Part shown: positions 44,718 to 54,982 of the stretch, piece after piece | Layout: each line of letters starts with the position of its first letter | Numbering within the stretch: position 1 is the stretch's first letter | IMG/VR virus record: IMGVR_UViG_3300047546_000414 | Source: an uncultured virus (IMG/VR IMGVR_UViG_3300047546_000414) | Lineage: Duplodnaviria > Heunggongvirae > Uroviricota > Caudoviricetes | Reading direction: 5' to 3' (one strand) | Length of the DNA stretch: 64,000 nucleotides | The notes under the pieces: model-generated | What the model was told of the DNA's origin: nothing | Database searches by the model: none | Seen by the model: only the letters and a program-made list of their open reading frames with translations | Translations under genes and position numbers: made by a program

Positions 44718-46705
44718 TATTTCCAGACCGCCCCTACTTTACCAGACCAACCAGCAGCCTCATCTTTTGCATTAACAAAATGATCTGCAACTGCAGTTCC
44801 AAATGCCCCTCTTGTTTTGATTCTATACCTTCCTGTTGGAATAAATGTTGTAGAAAGTTTATCGCTCATCTGAACAATTGCAGCTTTTCCACGATACTTT
44901 AACAAGTCTGACTCTCCAGTAATATCTACTGATACACTTGAACCAGTAGTAGAATCGGTGTATTGATATTCTATGGCATCATATTCAATAATTTCTGAAT
45001 CTAATAAAAAGTGTCCAGCAAAACTATAAACAACCTGTTCTTGAGACAAAGTGTTTATAGTAATTGGAGATATATTTAGATAAACTTTAGATGTTGGTGT
45101 GGGCAAATGGCTAGACAACAAATTAGCATTTAAAGCTGCTGCTGCAAGCCAGCTTGTTCCAGAAGACCATAAAGGAGAACTGCTTTTTTCATATGCAGAA
45201 GTAACAGTGCTATAGTAAACAACTTTTACTTGATTTGCAGACGCTAAATCTGATTTACTAAAAGATTCAATATTAGAATGTTCTAATATTTCTCCCTGTG
45301 CATTTTTTAAAGGATCATATCTAAATGTCCAAGATGCATCTTTAATTCCAAAAAGATACTCTCTGGTATAAAACTGCAATGTTCCAAATTCATCTACTAC
45401 TGCGCTCATTTGAGAATCTCTACATATTGACTGTAAATTTTCCCACACAGTTGCTTGACTGTCTGTCCACCAATAATTTGGAGATATAATAGAGTTATCA
45501 TTTTCTAAATAATTAAATTTATAATTTGTAAATCCAACTGAATCTAAAAGCCTTCTTATAATTGCTACAGAAGAATAACCTTCACATAACATGTCAGGGG
45601 CTAAAGTATCCTGCAATGTTTTGGCTGCATCTAATAAATCAAGTGACGCACTTCCAAATTCTTCAATCTGCCAATAATCTAAATAAAATATTCCTTGTGG
45701 AATTTTATAATAGTTTCCAGATATATCTGTATAATTTCCAGCACTGTCATAAATTTTTATAAACAAATTAACCTCAGCATTTTTATATAAGTATAAGAAT
45801 GATGTGTCTATTGTTTCTGATTTAGAATACGATCTAAAAGTTATTGATCCCCCATCTACAGTATCTTTATAATTATTTAAAGAAAGACTAAGAGAGTTGG
45901 CTGTTATATTGCCAACTGGAACTAATGCTTCAGTACTTGCAGAAGATTCTTTTCTTAGGTTAAAGTCTGTTATATATGAAGAAATATCTCTTACCCAATG
46001 AGGTGCTAGTTCTATCACACCAATATATCCAGCAGCGCTTGAAGTGCTCATTGATAATGTAGTAAAAGATTTATATGAATTAAGATTTATTGTTGATGCA
46101 TCGGTTGACCAAGTTGTTCCATTGTAATAAATAGAAACTGTTCCAGCATCATTTGTAGTATCAGTAAATTTTTTAATATCTGAAGATGTCCCAGAAACAG
46201 ATTGTCCTCCAATTGTAATTGTCCAAGTAGAAGGAATAGAGTGGCTAATCTCAAATTTTAAAACAACTTTATTTGCATAAACAGTTTTAGGATATGTAAT
46301 TGAAACTGTTGCTGGTTCTCCATATGGAGTTAACCAATATTTATAATAAACTGAATTGCCAGGATAATACGTTCTGTATTTAACAACATTTGAAGATTGA
46401 GCAGATGGTTTATAATCTACCGATCTTGGATCAGCATATGTTTTTGTTTGTACGTCTCCAGAGATTCCATATTTAATTCCAGCCAATTGAGGTCTAGAAG
46501 GTTTAATAATTGTATCAAGAGGGAACAGCTTCTTAAATGGTTGCCGACCATTAATTGTTGTATAGGGTGTTCCAGTAATAGAAGAAGAAGTAAAAGAAAC
46601 TAAAGAGTTAACATTTAAATCTATGGTTGCACCAACACCCATAGACAAAGATGTGTTTTTATTTAGTAAGTCTTTTACTGCCTGAAGTTGTGGAATATTT
46701 ATCAT
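44717..46705 (-). CDS. minor tail protein (tail-tip hub-like)
   Basis: Second gene after the TMP. TVWENLQ...VDEFGTLQF. Confidence 0.7.
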   Translation of the reverse strand: MINIPQLQAVKDLLNKNTSLSMGVGATIDLNVNSLVSFTSSSITGTPYTTINGRQPFKKLFPLDTIIKPSRPQLAGIKYGISGDVQTKTYADPRSVDYKPSAQSSNVVKYRTYYPGNSVYYKYWLTPYGEPATVSITYPKTVYANKVVLKFEISHSIPSTWTITIGGQSVSGTSSDIKKFTDTTNDAGTVSIYYNGTTWSTDASTINLNSYKSFTTLSMSTSSAAGYIGVIELAPHWVRDISSYITDFNLRKESSASTEALVPVGNITANSLSLSLNNYKDTVDGGSITFRSYSKSETIDTSFLYLYKNAEVNLFIKIYDSAGNYTDISGNYYKIPQGIFYLDYWQIEEFGSASLDLLDAAKTLQDTLAPDMLCEGYSSVAIIRRLLDSVGFTNYKFNYLENDNSIISPNYWWTDSQATVWENLQSICRDSQMSAVVDEFGTLQFYTREYLFGIKDASWTFRYDPLKNAQGEILEHSNIESFSKSDLASANQVKVVYYSTVTSAYEKSSSPLWSSGTSWLAAAALNANLLSSHLPTPTSKVYLNISPITINTLSQEQVVYSFAGHFLLDSEIIEYDAIEYQYTDSTTGSSVSVDITGESDLLKYRGKAAIVQMSDKLSTTFIPTGRYRIKTRGAFGTAVADHFVNAKDEAAGWSGKVGAVWK

Positions 46706-47163
46706 TATACCTCTTCCAGTGCAATGTTAACATCCCAAAACTCTTGTGCGGCATCAGATGTTTTTGCCTTTACGCCTCTTTTATTAATTGTAAAATTACA
46801 GTTGGTAAAAGAAACAACAAACTCTTCTGATCTTGCTGCACTATAAGCAATTTTTATTTTAAAGGTTTTCTTTCCCTTGTCTCCATGATAAAAAGTTCTA
46901 ATGTCTTCTGCTCCCCATCCGCCATCTACAGTCATTGTACTATTTGATGGCAACATTGACCAGGATGTATTAAATGTTTTTTTATCAGCAATAAATATCT
47001 TTCTTAAAGTACCGTTTGACATTCTCTGAACTTTTTCAAATCTTTCTGTGTCAATAGCAAATGGGCCTCTGTTATGCTCTGTTATTTTTTGCCAGTCTGG
47101 AGTACTAGTTGTAGACTTATCAAAATAAAGTATTGACCCTTGTGGTAAAAATATTGTTGCCAT
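46705..47163 (-). CDS. distal tail protein-like
   Basis: First gene after the TMP. RMSNGTLR...SWSMLP...IALEEV. Confidence 0.65.
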   Translation of the reverse strand: MATIFLPQGSILYFDKSTTSTPDWQKITEHNRGPFAIDTERFEKVQRMSNGTLRKIFIADKKTFNTSWSMLPSNSTMTVDGGWGAEDIRTFYHGDKGKKTFKIKIAYSAARSEEFVVSFTNCNFTINKRGVKAKTSDAAQEFWDVNIALEEV

Positions 47164-50100
47164 TAAAAGTTCCTCTGTTTTCCAGACATTGCTATCTGTC
47201 TATTTTGTTCAATCATTATAGCCTGTGCTATTTCTTGTCCAGTAAGATTTGTGCCATTAACTGTTATATCGTTATTTATAACAACATTTGTTCCAATAGC
47301 GCTACCAACTGGACCTCCGCTATCAAACCTAAGTCTTCCGCCAGTCGCATATTTACCAACATTTCCATAAGAAGACACCATTCCACCAGATGCATATTTC
47401 ATTGAATTAATTGCATCCATTGTTCCAACTCCATATTTTTGAACTGCAGAAGCTTTTACTACATATTCTCCTGCTGAAAGCATAGCTGGAATTGAATCAG
47501 AAGTTGATGTTCCTGCTCCAAATACTGCGCCTCCGTCTGCATATTGTTGTGCAACAATATCTGTTGCAGACTTTACTCTATATGTTCTGCCATTGTATTC
47601 AAAAAATTCTCCTGCTTTAAATCCAAAATCTTTTACTATTTGCTTCTTTGAATCATCATCTAGAATATTTGTTTTCTTTGGATCTAGTTTATATTTAGCA
47701 TTATAGTCAACTCTAATTGCACTAGACTTAGATTGTCCTGCTCCTGCCGTTCTTTGGAATTCTGCCACTGCTTTTTGGAATGTGTCTACAGATCCACCAA
47801 ATTTACCTTGAGCAATTGCAGACTCAGCATTCTTTTTAGCTAGCTCCTGAATTACCTTTGAATAATCTTGTGGCTTTTCTCTAAGAGTTGTACCATCATA
47901 AGTCATAGTTGTTGGCATAGCAATAGCATTTGCTGCAGCAATTCCTTCCTTGCCAAGCTTTCTTAATGCTTCTAACTGATCTCTAAGCTGATACCCATAA
48001 GCTTCAATCTTGTCTTTATCTGTTGTCAATCCAGCATTTGTAATGAGTGTGCCTATTGTAGACTGAATAGTTTTAATAGTTGCATCTCTTTCTGCTGCTT
48101 CGCTAGCTTTTTTAGCGGCGGCAGCAGCGGCTTTTTGTGCAGCTGCAAGAGAAGCCTGAAGTCCTTCTTTTTGAGACTGAAGTGCTTCTGTATCTTTGTT
48201 TGCTTTATCATCAATGGATTCTTGTGCTAATTTTGTTTGATGCTGTGAAGTAAGTCTTTGTATTTCAATTTGTGCACTGGCAGCCTCTGACATATTTCCA
48301 GTAGCCAAAGCATTCTGGTATCTGAGTTGTTGCTCTTGTATTGCCAGGCCTGTATCTGCCGCATCTTGTTGAGCCTGTAAAGCTTTCTTTCTTGCATCTG
48401 CTTCTTTTTTAATAGCAGCAATCTTTTTATCAATAAGATCAGATTCTTTTTGAATATCTCTTTGTGCTGCCTTAGATGCTCTTGCTGCAGCAGAGGCTGC
48501 TGCTGCTGATGCCTTTGCTGCTTGATCCCCTAGTCCAGCTAATGCGGCAAGTGGGTTATTTTTTAATGTAGTATCTGTAGTTAAAGAAGTGGCGCTTTGT
48601 TGCAAAGCTGCTTGTACAGCCAACATTGCTTGTGCTTGTGCTCCGCTTATCTTAGAAAGATCATCAACTATTCCAGAAGTATAAAGTTTAATCTTTGCAT
48701 ATGCATCTGCTGTTGAATCTGTAGCAGAAAGAATACCCTTTAGTTCTGGTTTTTGCTTTAACAAATTATCTAGATTGTATTGTCCTAATTGTCTATTTGT
48801 TGCAGCAGAACTATTTAATTTATCCATTGTCATCTTTAAAGCTTCTGTTTCAGAAATCACTTTGCCAGTTTCATCTTTTGTGCCAACAATACTATTATAA
48901 TAAGCATCAACAGCATCCATGGCTCCCTCAAACTGTGCTGCAAGTTCGTTATCGTTTACGCCATAAACTCCAAGTGATTTATTAAATGTGTTTACAGAAA
49001 CTGTTGCAGCGCTTGCCTTATCTTTAATTTCCATAAATGGTTTTGAAGAAATTGCAGCAACTGCTTGAGATGCTTTATTAGACTGAGTAATAATTGCAAA
49101 TATCATCTTTGCTGCTTTGTCTGCCTCCATACCGCTAGCAACTAACTGAGCTTTCATTGCTGCAGCATTTTGTACAACATCTTTTCTATCCATAGCATCA
49201 AATAGTTTGATAACATCTGGCTGTGTTTTCTTTGCGTTATCTTGCAAATCTTTTAGTTCTTTAATAGTAATTGATAGTCCGCCTGTACCACCAGCCATTC
49301 TATTTGTTTCTAGAACAGCTTCAAGTATTGCTTTTTGTCTCTTAGCATCTTCCTGTGCAGCTTTAATTTTTCCAGACAAAGTGGTGTATTTTATTCCTAA
49401 TTGTCCAGCTACCTTTTCTCCAGCTTTAAAAGATTGTGCAGCAGCATCGGATTGAGCCTTTGCATTTTTCCACATTTTATACAAGGCGACTCCAGCGAGT
49501 GTGGCTGCTGTAGCAAAAACTCCAAATGGTGTTAGCCTTAAAGCTGTGCTCATCATTTTAAGCGTGTTTACAAAACCAGCACCAGTTTTAATTCCCATTC
49601 CCAAGGCTTTTATGACGCTACCGATTCTTCCAACTATAGCTGGCCCAATAAGAGATCCTACCAGTCCTCCTGCTGGACCACCAATCATTTGACCAACAAT
49701 ACCTCCACCAACGCTTGCACCAACGCCTCTCATTCCACCCATGTCTGTATAATATTCATTTGATTGAGCTTTTGCTTTTCTAGCAGCATTCATTGCTTTT
49801 ATTTTTTGACCAATAGCAACAATTCCTGTGGCAAAGCCAGGAATTTTTCCTCCAGCATTCATAAATGCAATTGCGCCTTCATTACCTGCTGTTGCAGTCT
49901 TTGTTATAACAGATTCTCCTGGTTCAAGAAGTGCTGGGATTGTATCTCCGCCGCCGTAGCCTGGAAGCTTTGTAACTCCACCAGCAAAAGGCATTGGCTC
50001 AAGACCAAGGTTTCTAGAATGAATATCTCTACCAAATGGATTTATTCTCTGTCTCATTGATGGCAAGAATCCGCTGCGTAATGCTCTTACTGTTGCCTGA

Positions 50101-53100
50101 TTATACATTGCTCCAAATGAGGCTTCGGTTATTGGATTTGTAGAATTTTTAACTTTATCATTAAGAAGGTCTGCTGCTCTTTTTGCTAATTGTTTTGCTG
50201 CACGTGGACTAATACCTTTATCTTTTAAGAATGATAAAAATCCAATCATGTCTTCAGCATTAACTGGCCTAAAATCTTGTGGAGATGCTCCATATTTTAG
50301 AGCATCATTAAATCCTTTTCTATTCTTTACAAAAGCTGTAGGAAGGATCTGTAAATATGGGGCCTTTGAAGTTGTTGAAACTCCAAATTCTTCAAACCTT
50401 TCTCTTGGAAGAGATGGAGTTGATTGCTTTCCCATAACAGGAAGATCTTTAGTTCTTCTTCTAAATCCAGGTGTTATCGCATGTACCAAAAATTCATCAT
50501 CTGGTCCTTGACCTTTTGCTGTTGGAGTTACACCAACTTCTTTCCACCAAGGGTCATCATATAATTTATTTTTTCTATCTGAGAAATGTCCAAATGGTGT
50601 TCCCATGCCAGTTTCATTTGCAATACCTGTTGATGCTCCGCTTTTACCCTTTGAATCTGGTCTAAGGTTTGGAGTTCTTGTTCCGCCAATTCCAGCAGAT
50701 CTTTTTGCGTAATCTCTAAGCATTTGAGCTGCAGCTTTAGCTTTTTTCATGTCTGTAAACTTAGGCAAAAACTTTCCTAATGCTGTTACGCCGCCAGCAA
50801 ACTTAATTCTTCTTACAGAAGCCCCTACAGCTTTTGCAATTTTACTTGTTATAGATCCTGCACGACCTGAACCAGATCTTAGTGCAGACCTCATATTATA
50901 ATCTTGTGTTTTATCAACTGCAGTTCCTGTTGCAATTGTTGTTCCAGTTCCTGGAACCATAGTCATTCTTTCAATAGGTACTCCAGAAGCAATTGAAAGA
51001 GCATTCATTCTTTCAATCATTTTGGCATTAATTGCTGCAAGTGCTGCTTGTGATTTTTCTACTGTAAGTATTCCAGCTTCTGCAGCTGCTGCAACACGAG
51101 CTGATGAGGCAGCTGCTGTGCTTGTAATCTGTTCCATCTTTGGCAAAATAGTGCTGAAGTCTGCCATAAATTCTGCTGGAAGTTTTCCAGTTGTGTCAAT
51201 AATTCTTTCAACTGCTGCCATTTCTTCTTTTGATCTCATAGCCATAGCAGTCATCATTGTGTGCCATTTAGCAGCCTCTGTTGCATTAATTGCTGTACTT
51301 GCACCATTAATTGTTGTTAACCCTGGAACTACTGGAACCCTTGATCCAGGCATTGCCATCATTTGTGGATTACTTCCAATTTTTTTATTTGTCATTGGAT
51401 CTAATGGAACAGATGTATGAAATGTTTGTTGAAGTCTTTGTGCTTCAGTTAATTGTGCCTGTGGATTATAATGTGCAAAATCAAAGCTTGCAACTCCTAC
51501 ACCTTCACCAGCACCTTGAATAATTGGTTTAGCTGTTATTGTTCCGCTTCTTGAAAGAGCTGCAATCTGTTGCATTTCTAAACGCATTCCGTTTAATGCT
51601 GTTGTTAGTACTTTGGCTGCGGCTGCGTCTGAATAAAATGTTTTTTCTACTAATGTGCCAGCTTTAGAAGCGGCTATCATTTCTGGAGTAAGTAATTTGA
51701 ATCCTTTAGTCTGACTAAAGAATGCTCTGATTCCTGCAAAACCCTTCATGACATAGCCAAGGAAGTTTGCAAATACACCAGTAAGCATAATTATAGGTCC
51801 AGCAATTGCTGTAACTCCGCCGAGCAGGGCTACAAATTTCTTTACTGGATCTGGAAGCTTATTAAATGTTTGAAGCATTCCATCTGCAAAATTTAAAATC
51901 TTTGTAGCAATGCCAAGGAACTGTTCTCCAACCGTTGCAAGGTCTGCCTTCAAACTTTCTAACGCTCTCTTGTATTTTCCAGATGCTGACTCTGTTACAA
52001 GAGACAACTCTCGGCCAGCCACATTTGCCAATTCATCTGTGCTTGCTTTCATAAGGTCTATAACTTGAAGTGTCTGAGATCCTTTTCTTCCAAGGTTATC
52101 GAATAGGGCACCCATTCTTGCAAACTGGTATTTTCCAAACAAGGTTTCAATAGCCTGTTGTTTTTGCAATGGGTTTAATTTGTCCATTGCTTTTTGCAAT
52201 TCCATAATTGTCGCTGTAATGTTTCCAGCATTGCTTTCTACAATTTGAGTTAAATTAATTCCAAATCCAGAAAATTGTTCTTTAGCAACTTTAGTTGGAT
52301 TAATCAATGAACCCATTGCAGACTTTAATGCGTTAGCACCTTCTGCTGCATTAATTCCGCCTTCACGCATAGCAGTTAAGAATAGGGCTAAATCTTTTAC
52401 GTCTCCTCCCAAACCTTTAATAACTGGTCCAGCCTTTGGAATGGCTTCTACAAGATCTTGCAATGTTGTAGAGGTTTGGTTTTCAACAGCGTTTAAGAAG
52501 TTAATTGATTCTGCAAGTTGGTCTGTATTTTGTTTAAAAGCATTTTGAATTGCAAGTGTTGCTTTCATTGCTTCTTGCTTATCAACTTCACCAAGTACTG
52601 AGAGACGTGTGGTTTCTCTCAGCGACGCTAGCAACTCCTCTCCTTGCTTTCCAGTTGCTGCAATATCTGCTGCTAGTGATAGCGATTCTTTAAATGAAAC
52701 TCCATATGCGGCAGACAATTCTTTAGCAGTCTTAATTGTTTCTTGTCTTAAATTAGCCAAATCACTCTGTGCTGTTGGTGCAAGTCCACCATAAACCTTC
52801 ATTAATCTTGTTAGTTCTTGATCTGCTTCTCTAAAAGCTTTTGCTGCAGCTGAACCAAATGCTGCCATTGGTACAGTTAGTCCTACTGTTAACTGACGAC
52901 CAGCCCACTGAGTATTTTTACCCCAGTTAATAAGCTGATTTGCTCCATCAGACATAACCTTATTAAGAAGGGAAAGCTCCATTCTTGCAACTTTAGTTTT
53001 ATTTGCTAATTCATTAATTCCAGTTGGTACGTGAACTTGAAATTGCATTTGGCCTTGAGCATTTCTGCCCATAGGTTGAACTATTGCATTTTGAAGCGCT

Positions 53101-53444
53101 ACCTGTTGTTTTGCGAGATCACGAATCATACCACCAGCTTGGCGATGATATTGCTGCCAATGCTGATAGTAATCTCGTAGTTTTAATTTGCCTTGATCAA
53201 GCGCTTTGCCAAACTTTTCTGTGTCGCTTGCAAGGGTAACAAAGTGTGTGTTGAACTGATTGCTTTTCTTTAATATATCAGCAAATGCATTATTTGTTGC
53301 AGCAATTTGCTGTGTCAGTGCAACATTTGAAGAACCTAGTTTTTGTTGTAAAAGAGTAAGCTGTGCTACTGCTTTATGTATCTGACTTATTAAGCCAGAA
53401 AAATCAGCATTAGCGGTTATATTAGTATTTATATTTTCAGCCAC
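47163..53444 (-). CDS. tape measure protein (TP901-type core) with internal non-helical insert
   Basis: 2093 aa, Ala-rich helical. GINAAEGANALKS core. Follows the chaperones. Repeated [FY]AxGG motifs. Confidence 0.92.
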   Translation of the reverse strand: MAENINTNITANADFSGLISQIHKAVAQLTLLQQKLGSSNVALTQQIAATNNAFADILKKSNQFNTHFVTLASDTEKFGKALDQGKLKLRDYYQHWQQYHRQAGGMIRDLAKQQVALQNAIVQPMGRNAQGQMQFQVHVPTGINELANKTKVARMELSLLNKVMSDGANQLINWGKNTQWAGRQLTVGLTVPMAAFGSAAAKAFREADQELTRLMKVYGGLAPTAQSDLANLRQETIKTAKELSAAYGVSFKESLSLAADIAATGKQGEELLASLRETTRLSVLGEVDKQEAMKATLAIQNAFKQNTDQLAESINFLNAVENQTSTTLQDLVEAIPKAGPVIKGLGGDVKDLALFLTAMREGGINAAEGANALKSAMGSLINPTKVAKEQFSGFGINLTQIVESNAGNITATIMELQKAMDKLNPLQKQQAIETLFGKYQFARMGALFDNLGRKGSQTLQVIDLMKASTDELANVAGRELSLVTESASGKYKRALESLKADLATVGEQFLGIATKILNFADGMLQTFNKLPDPVKKFVALLGGVTAIAGPIIMLTGVFANFLGYVMKGFAGIRAFFSQTKGFKLLTPEMIAASKAGTLVEKTFYSDAAAAKVLTTALNGMRLEMQQIAALSRSGTITAKPIIQGAGEGVGVASFDFAHYNPQAQLTEAQRLQQTFHTSVPLDPMTNKKIGSNPQMMAMPGSRVPVVPGLTTINGASTAINATEAAKWHTMMTAMAMRSKEEMAAVERIIDTTGKLPAEFMADFSTILPKMEQITSTAAASSARVAAAAEAGILTVEKSQAALAAINAKMIERMNALSIASGVPIERMTMVPGTGTTIATGTAVDKTQDYNMRSALRSGSGRAGSITSKIAKAVGASVRRIKFAGGVTALGKFLPKFTDMKKAKAAAQMLRDYAKRSAGIGGTRTPNLRPDSKGKSGASTGIANETGMGTPFGHFSDRKNKLYDDPWWKEVGVTPTAKGQGPDDEFLVHAITPGFRRRTKDLPVMGKQSTPSLPRERFEEFGVSTTSKAPYLQILPTAFVKNRKGFNDALKYGASPQDFRPVNAEDMIGFLSFLKDKGISPRAAKQLAKRAADLLNDKVKNSTNPITEASFGAMYNQATVRALRSGFLPSMRQRINPFGRDIHSRNLGLEPMPFAGGVTKLPGYGGGDTIPALLEPGESVITKTATAGNEGAIAFMNAGGKIPGFATGIVAIGQKIKAMNAARKAKAQSNEYYTDMGGMRGVGASVGGGIVGQMIGGPAGGLVGSLIGPAIVGRIGSVIKALGMGIKTGAGFVNTLKMMSTALRLTPFGVFATAATLAGVALYKMWKNAKAQSDAAAQSFKAGEKVAGQLGIKYTTLSGKIKAAQEDAKRQKAILEAVLETNRMAGGTGGLSITIKELKDLQDNAKKTQPDVIKLFDAMDRKDVVQNAAAMKAQLVASGMEADKAAKMIFAIITQSNKASQAVAAISSKPFMEIKDKASAATVSVNTFNKSLGVYGVNDNELAAQFEGAMDAVDAYYNSIVGTKDETGKVISETEALKMTMDKLNSSAATNRQLGQYNLDNLLKQKPELKGILSATDSTADAYAKIKLYTSGIVDDLSKISGAQAQAMLAVQAALQQSATSLTTDTTLKNNPLAALAGLGDQAAKASAAAASAAARASKAAQRDIQKESDLIDKKIAAIKKEADARKKALQAQQDAADTGLAIQEQQLRYQNALATGNMSEAASAQIEIQRLTSQHQTKLAQESIDDKANKDTEALQSQKEGLQASLAAAQKAAAAAAKKASEAAERDATIKTIQSTIGTLITNAGLTTDKDKIEAYGYQLRDQLEALRKLGKEGIAAANAIAMPTTMTYDGTTLREKPQDYSKVIQELAKKNAESAIAQGKFGGSVDTFQKAVAEFQRTAGAGQSKSSAIRVDYNAKYKLDPKKTNILDDDSKKQIVKDFGFKAGEFFEYNGRTYRVKSATDIVAQQYADGGAVFGAGTSTSDSIPAMLSAGEYVVKASAVQKYGVGTMDAINSMKYASGGMVSSYGNVGKYATGGRLRFDSGGPVGSAIGTNVVINNDITVNGTNLTGQEIAQAIMIEQNRQIAMSGKQRNF

Positions 53445-53448
53445 TTAT

Positions 53449-53832
53449 TTACTCCTCGGTATACCCCAATCCTTGATTTATACCGAAACCTTTGGCAGCA
53501 GCAGCTTGACCACGAAGTCCAATGATATCATTTTGTAATCCATTAATACCTTGTGCTCTCATTTGGATTTCTTCAAATGTTGGATGTTCCCTGTCTTCAT
53601 CCTCAACTGATGCTTCCTCCCCTAGGTTTATTCCCTGCAGTGATGCAAGAAACTTTTTATTTTCCTCTTCCTTTTTACTTATACCTTTTAATAATTGTAT
53701 AAGTTCTGGCATTGAAAGATTATCTTCTAGTTCTTCAAAGTTTTTCCATTTACCAATTAGAAAAACTTGTGCTTCTAAGGCGGCTAGATCTAGTTCTGAC
53801 CAGCCAGAACTGCTGCCGCCAGTAGATTTGGG
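53449..53832 (-). CDS. tail assembly chaperone, -1 frameshift extension (gpT-like)
   Basis: Open -1 frame relative to the upstream chaperone, entered at the slippery heptamer CCCAAAT. Confidence 0.75.
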   Translation of the reverse strand, partial: PKSTGGSSSGWSELDLAALEAQVFLIGKWKNFEELEDNLSMPELIQLLKGISKKEEENKKFLASLQGINLGEEASVEDEDREHPTFEEIQMRAQGINGLQNDIIGLRGQAAAAKGFGINQGLGYTEE

Positions 53833-54122
53833 TCGTCCATCTTCATTCCCCCGCAAACTTCAAGAATGCGATTGATTGTTGGAACGTCCAACGCATCTTC
53901 AAAAGCATCTCTATCTTTTACAAGTTCTGGAAGTTGTTTTTCCAAAGCTACTCCGCAAGCTTCAATAAGTATGTTTAGTGTGTCATCTTCATTTGTGACT
54001 TCTGCTGTCTTCTGAATGACAGTCATGAACTTTCTAAGTTCTTTGATGGTAAGTGGTTTTAGCTTTACCCTTGCTCCATTTTGTAGTTCAATTTCTTGGA
54101 CATCGTATACGGTTGTTGCCAA
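53790..54122 (-). CDS. tail assembly chaperone (gpG-like)
   Basis: Between major tail and TMP. LKPLTIKELRKF. Confidence 0.8.
   Translation of the reverse strand: MATTVYDVQEIELQNGARVKLKPLTIKELRKFMTVIQKTAEVTNEDDTLNILIEACGVALEKQLPELVKDRDAFEDALDVPTINRILEVCGGMKMDDPNLLAAAVLAGQN
53826..53832 (-). other. programmed -1 ribosomal frameshift site C CCA AAT
   Basis: XXXYYYZ heptamer in the correct phase near the end of the chaperone gene. Confidence 0.75.
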
Positions 54123-54180
54123 TTTATCCTCCTTGGATACTCCTAATCATTATAGCAAAAATATATAGATAAGCAAATAA

Positions 54181-54204
54181 CAAACCCCCATTTCTGGGGG
54201 TTTG
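54181..54204 (-). terminator. intrinsic terminator after the major tail gene
   Basis: CAAACCCCCA-GAAA-TGGGGGTTTG followed by TTATTT. Confidence 0.8.
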
Positions 54205-54234
54205 CTGTCAATATTAAATTGTTATTTAATTGTA

Positions 54235-54879
54235 TTAAGCTTCAATTACACGGTCAATAATCTTACCGTACTCTGCCCCTGCATATGCTGCATCAGGAAG
54301 AAGACGGAAGGTTACTGGAAATACAGTTGGGTTGTTACGAGCCAATGTGAATTGTGATTGCTGTACTGAAAGTACACGACGTGCATAATATACACGCTCA
54401 CGCTTCTTGTTAGCTGAGTTACGTGGTGCCAAACCGACAGCGATTAGCTGACGCTCTGTAGGCTCCTGACCCAAAGCTCCCGCTTCAAGACCAAGTGCAT
54501 CGTTTGAAAGTGTTGCAGAACCTTGACCGAAAACACGTAGAACGTTTTCTAGTGTTGCTTCGGTAAATTCAGTTGCAAGCATAACTTCCATGGACTCCTT
54601 GAACAGCTTTGCTGTATCAAGAAGCTGATCCACTGTTACTGAACCGTAAGTTGGGTTGTAAGTAATCTGAAGACCATTATTTGTGTAACCAACGTTTGCA
54701 TATGCTCCAGACAATGTTGCGCCTCTAAGCTCACGAGTGTCTGCATCATAAATTGATGTGTTAGCTGTTACTGCTGCTCCTTCTGGGAGAACAGTAGCAT
54801 AAGTTGAATCTGTTGAATCCTTTTTGGAAAGGAACATCGGAGCTGCTCCGACGATAATATTCTTAGCTTCAAATGCCAT
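54235..54879 (-). CDS. major tail protein
   Basis: NIIVGA, VGYTNNGL.ITY, TEATLEN and FPVTFRLLP. High-expression codon bias. Strong SD. Confidence 0.85.
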   Translation of the reverse strand: MAFEAKNIIVGAAPMFLSKKDSTDSTYATVLPEGAAVTANTSIYDADTRELRGATLSGAYANVGYTNNGLQITYNPTYGSVTVDQLLDTAKLFKESMEVMLATEFTEATLENVLRVFGQGSATLSNDALGLEAGALGQEPTERQLIAVGLAPRNSANKKRERVYYARRVLSVQQSQFTLARNNPTVFPVTFRLLPDAAYAGAEYGKIIDRVIEA

Positions 54880-54951
54880 TTTTTATTTCCACCTCCTGGA
54901 ATTTTAAAAATTTTAAATCAATGCTGGCTAGGCGTGTTTCCTCTTAGTACA

Positions 54952-54980
54952 ATAATAGGCCAAAATGGTTCATAAAGCAA
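54952..54980 (-). promoter_or_regulatory. putative promoter for the major tail gene
   Basis: TTGCTT-N17-TATTAT. Confidence 0.5.
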
Positions 54981-54982
54981 GG

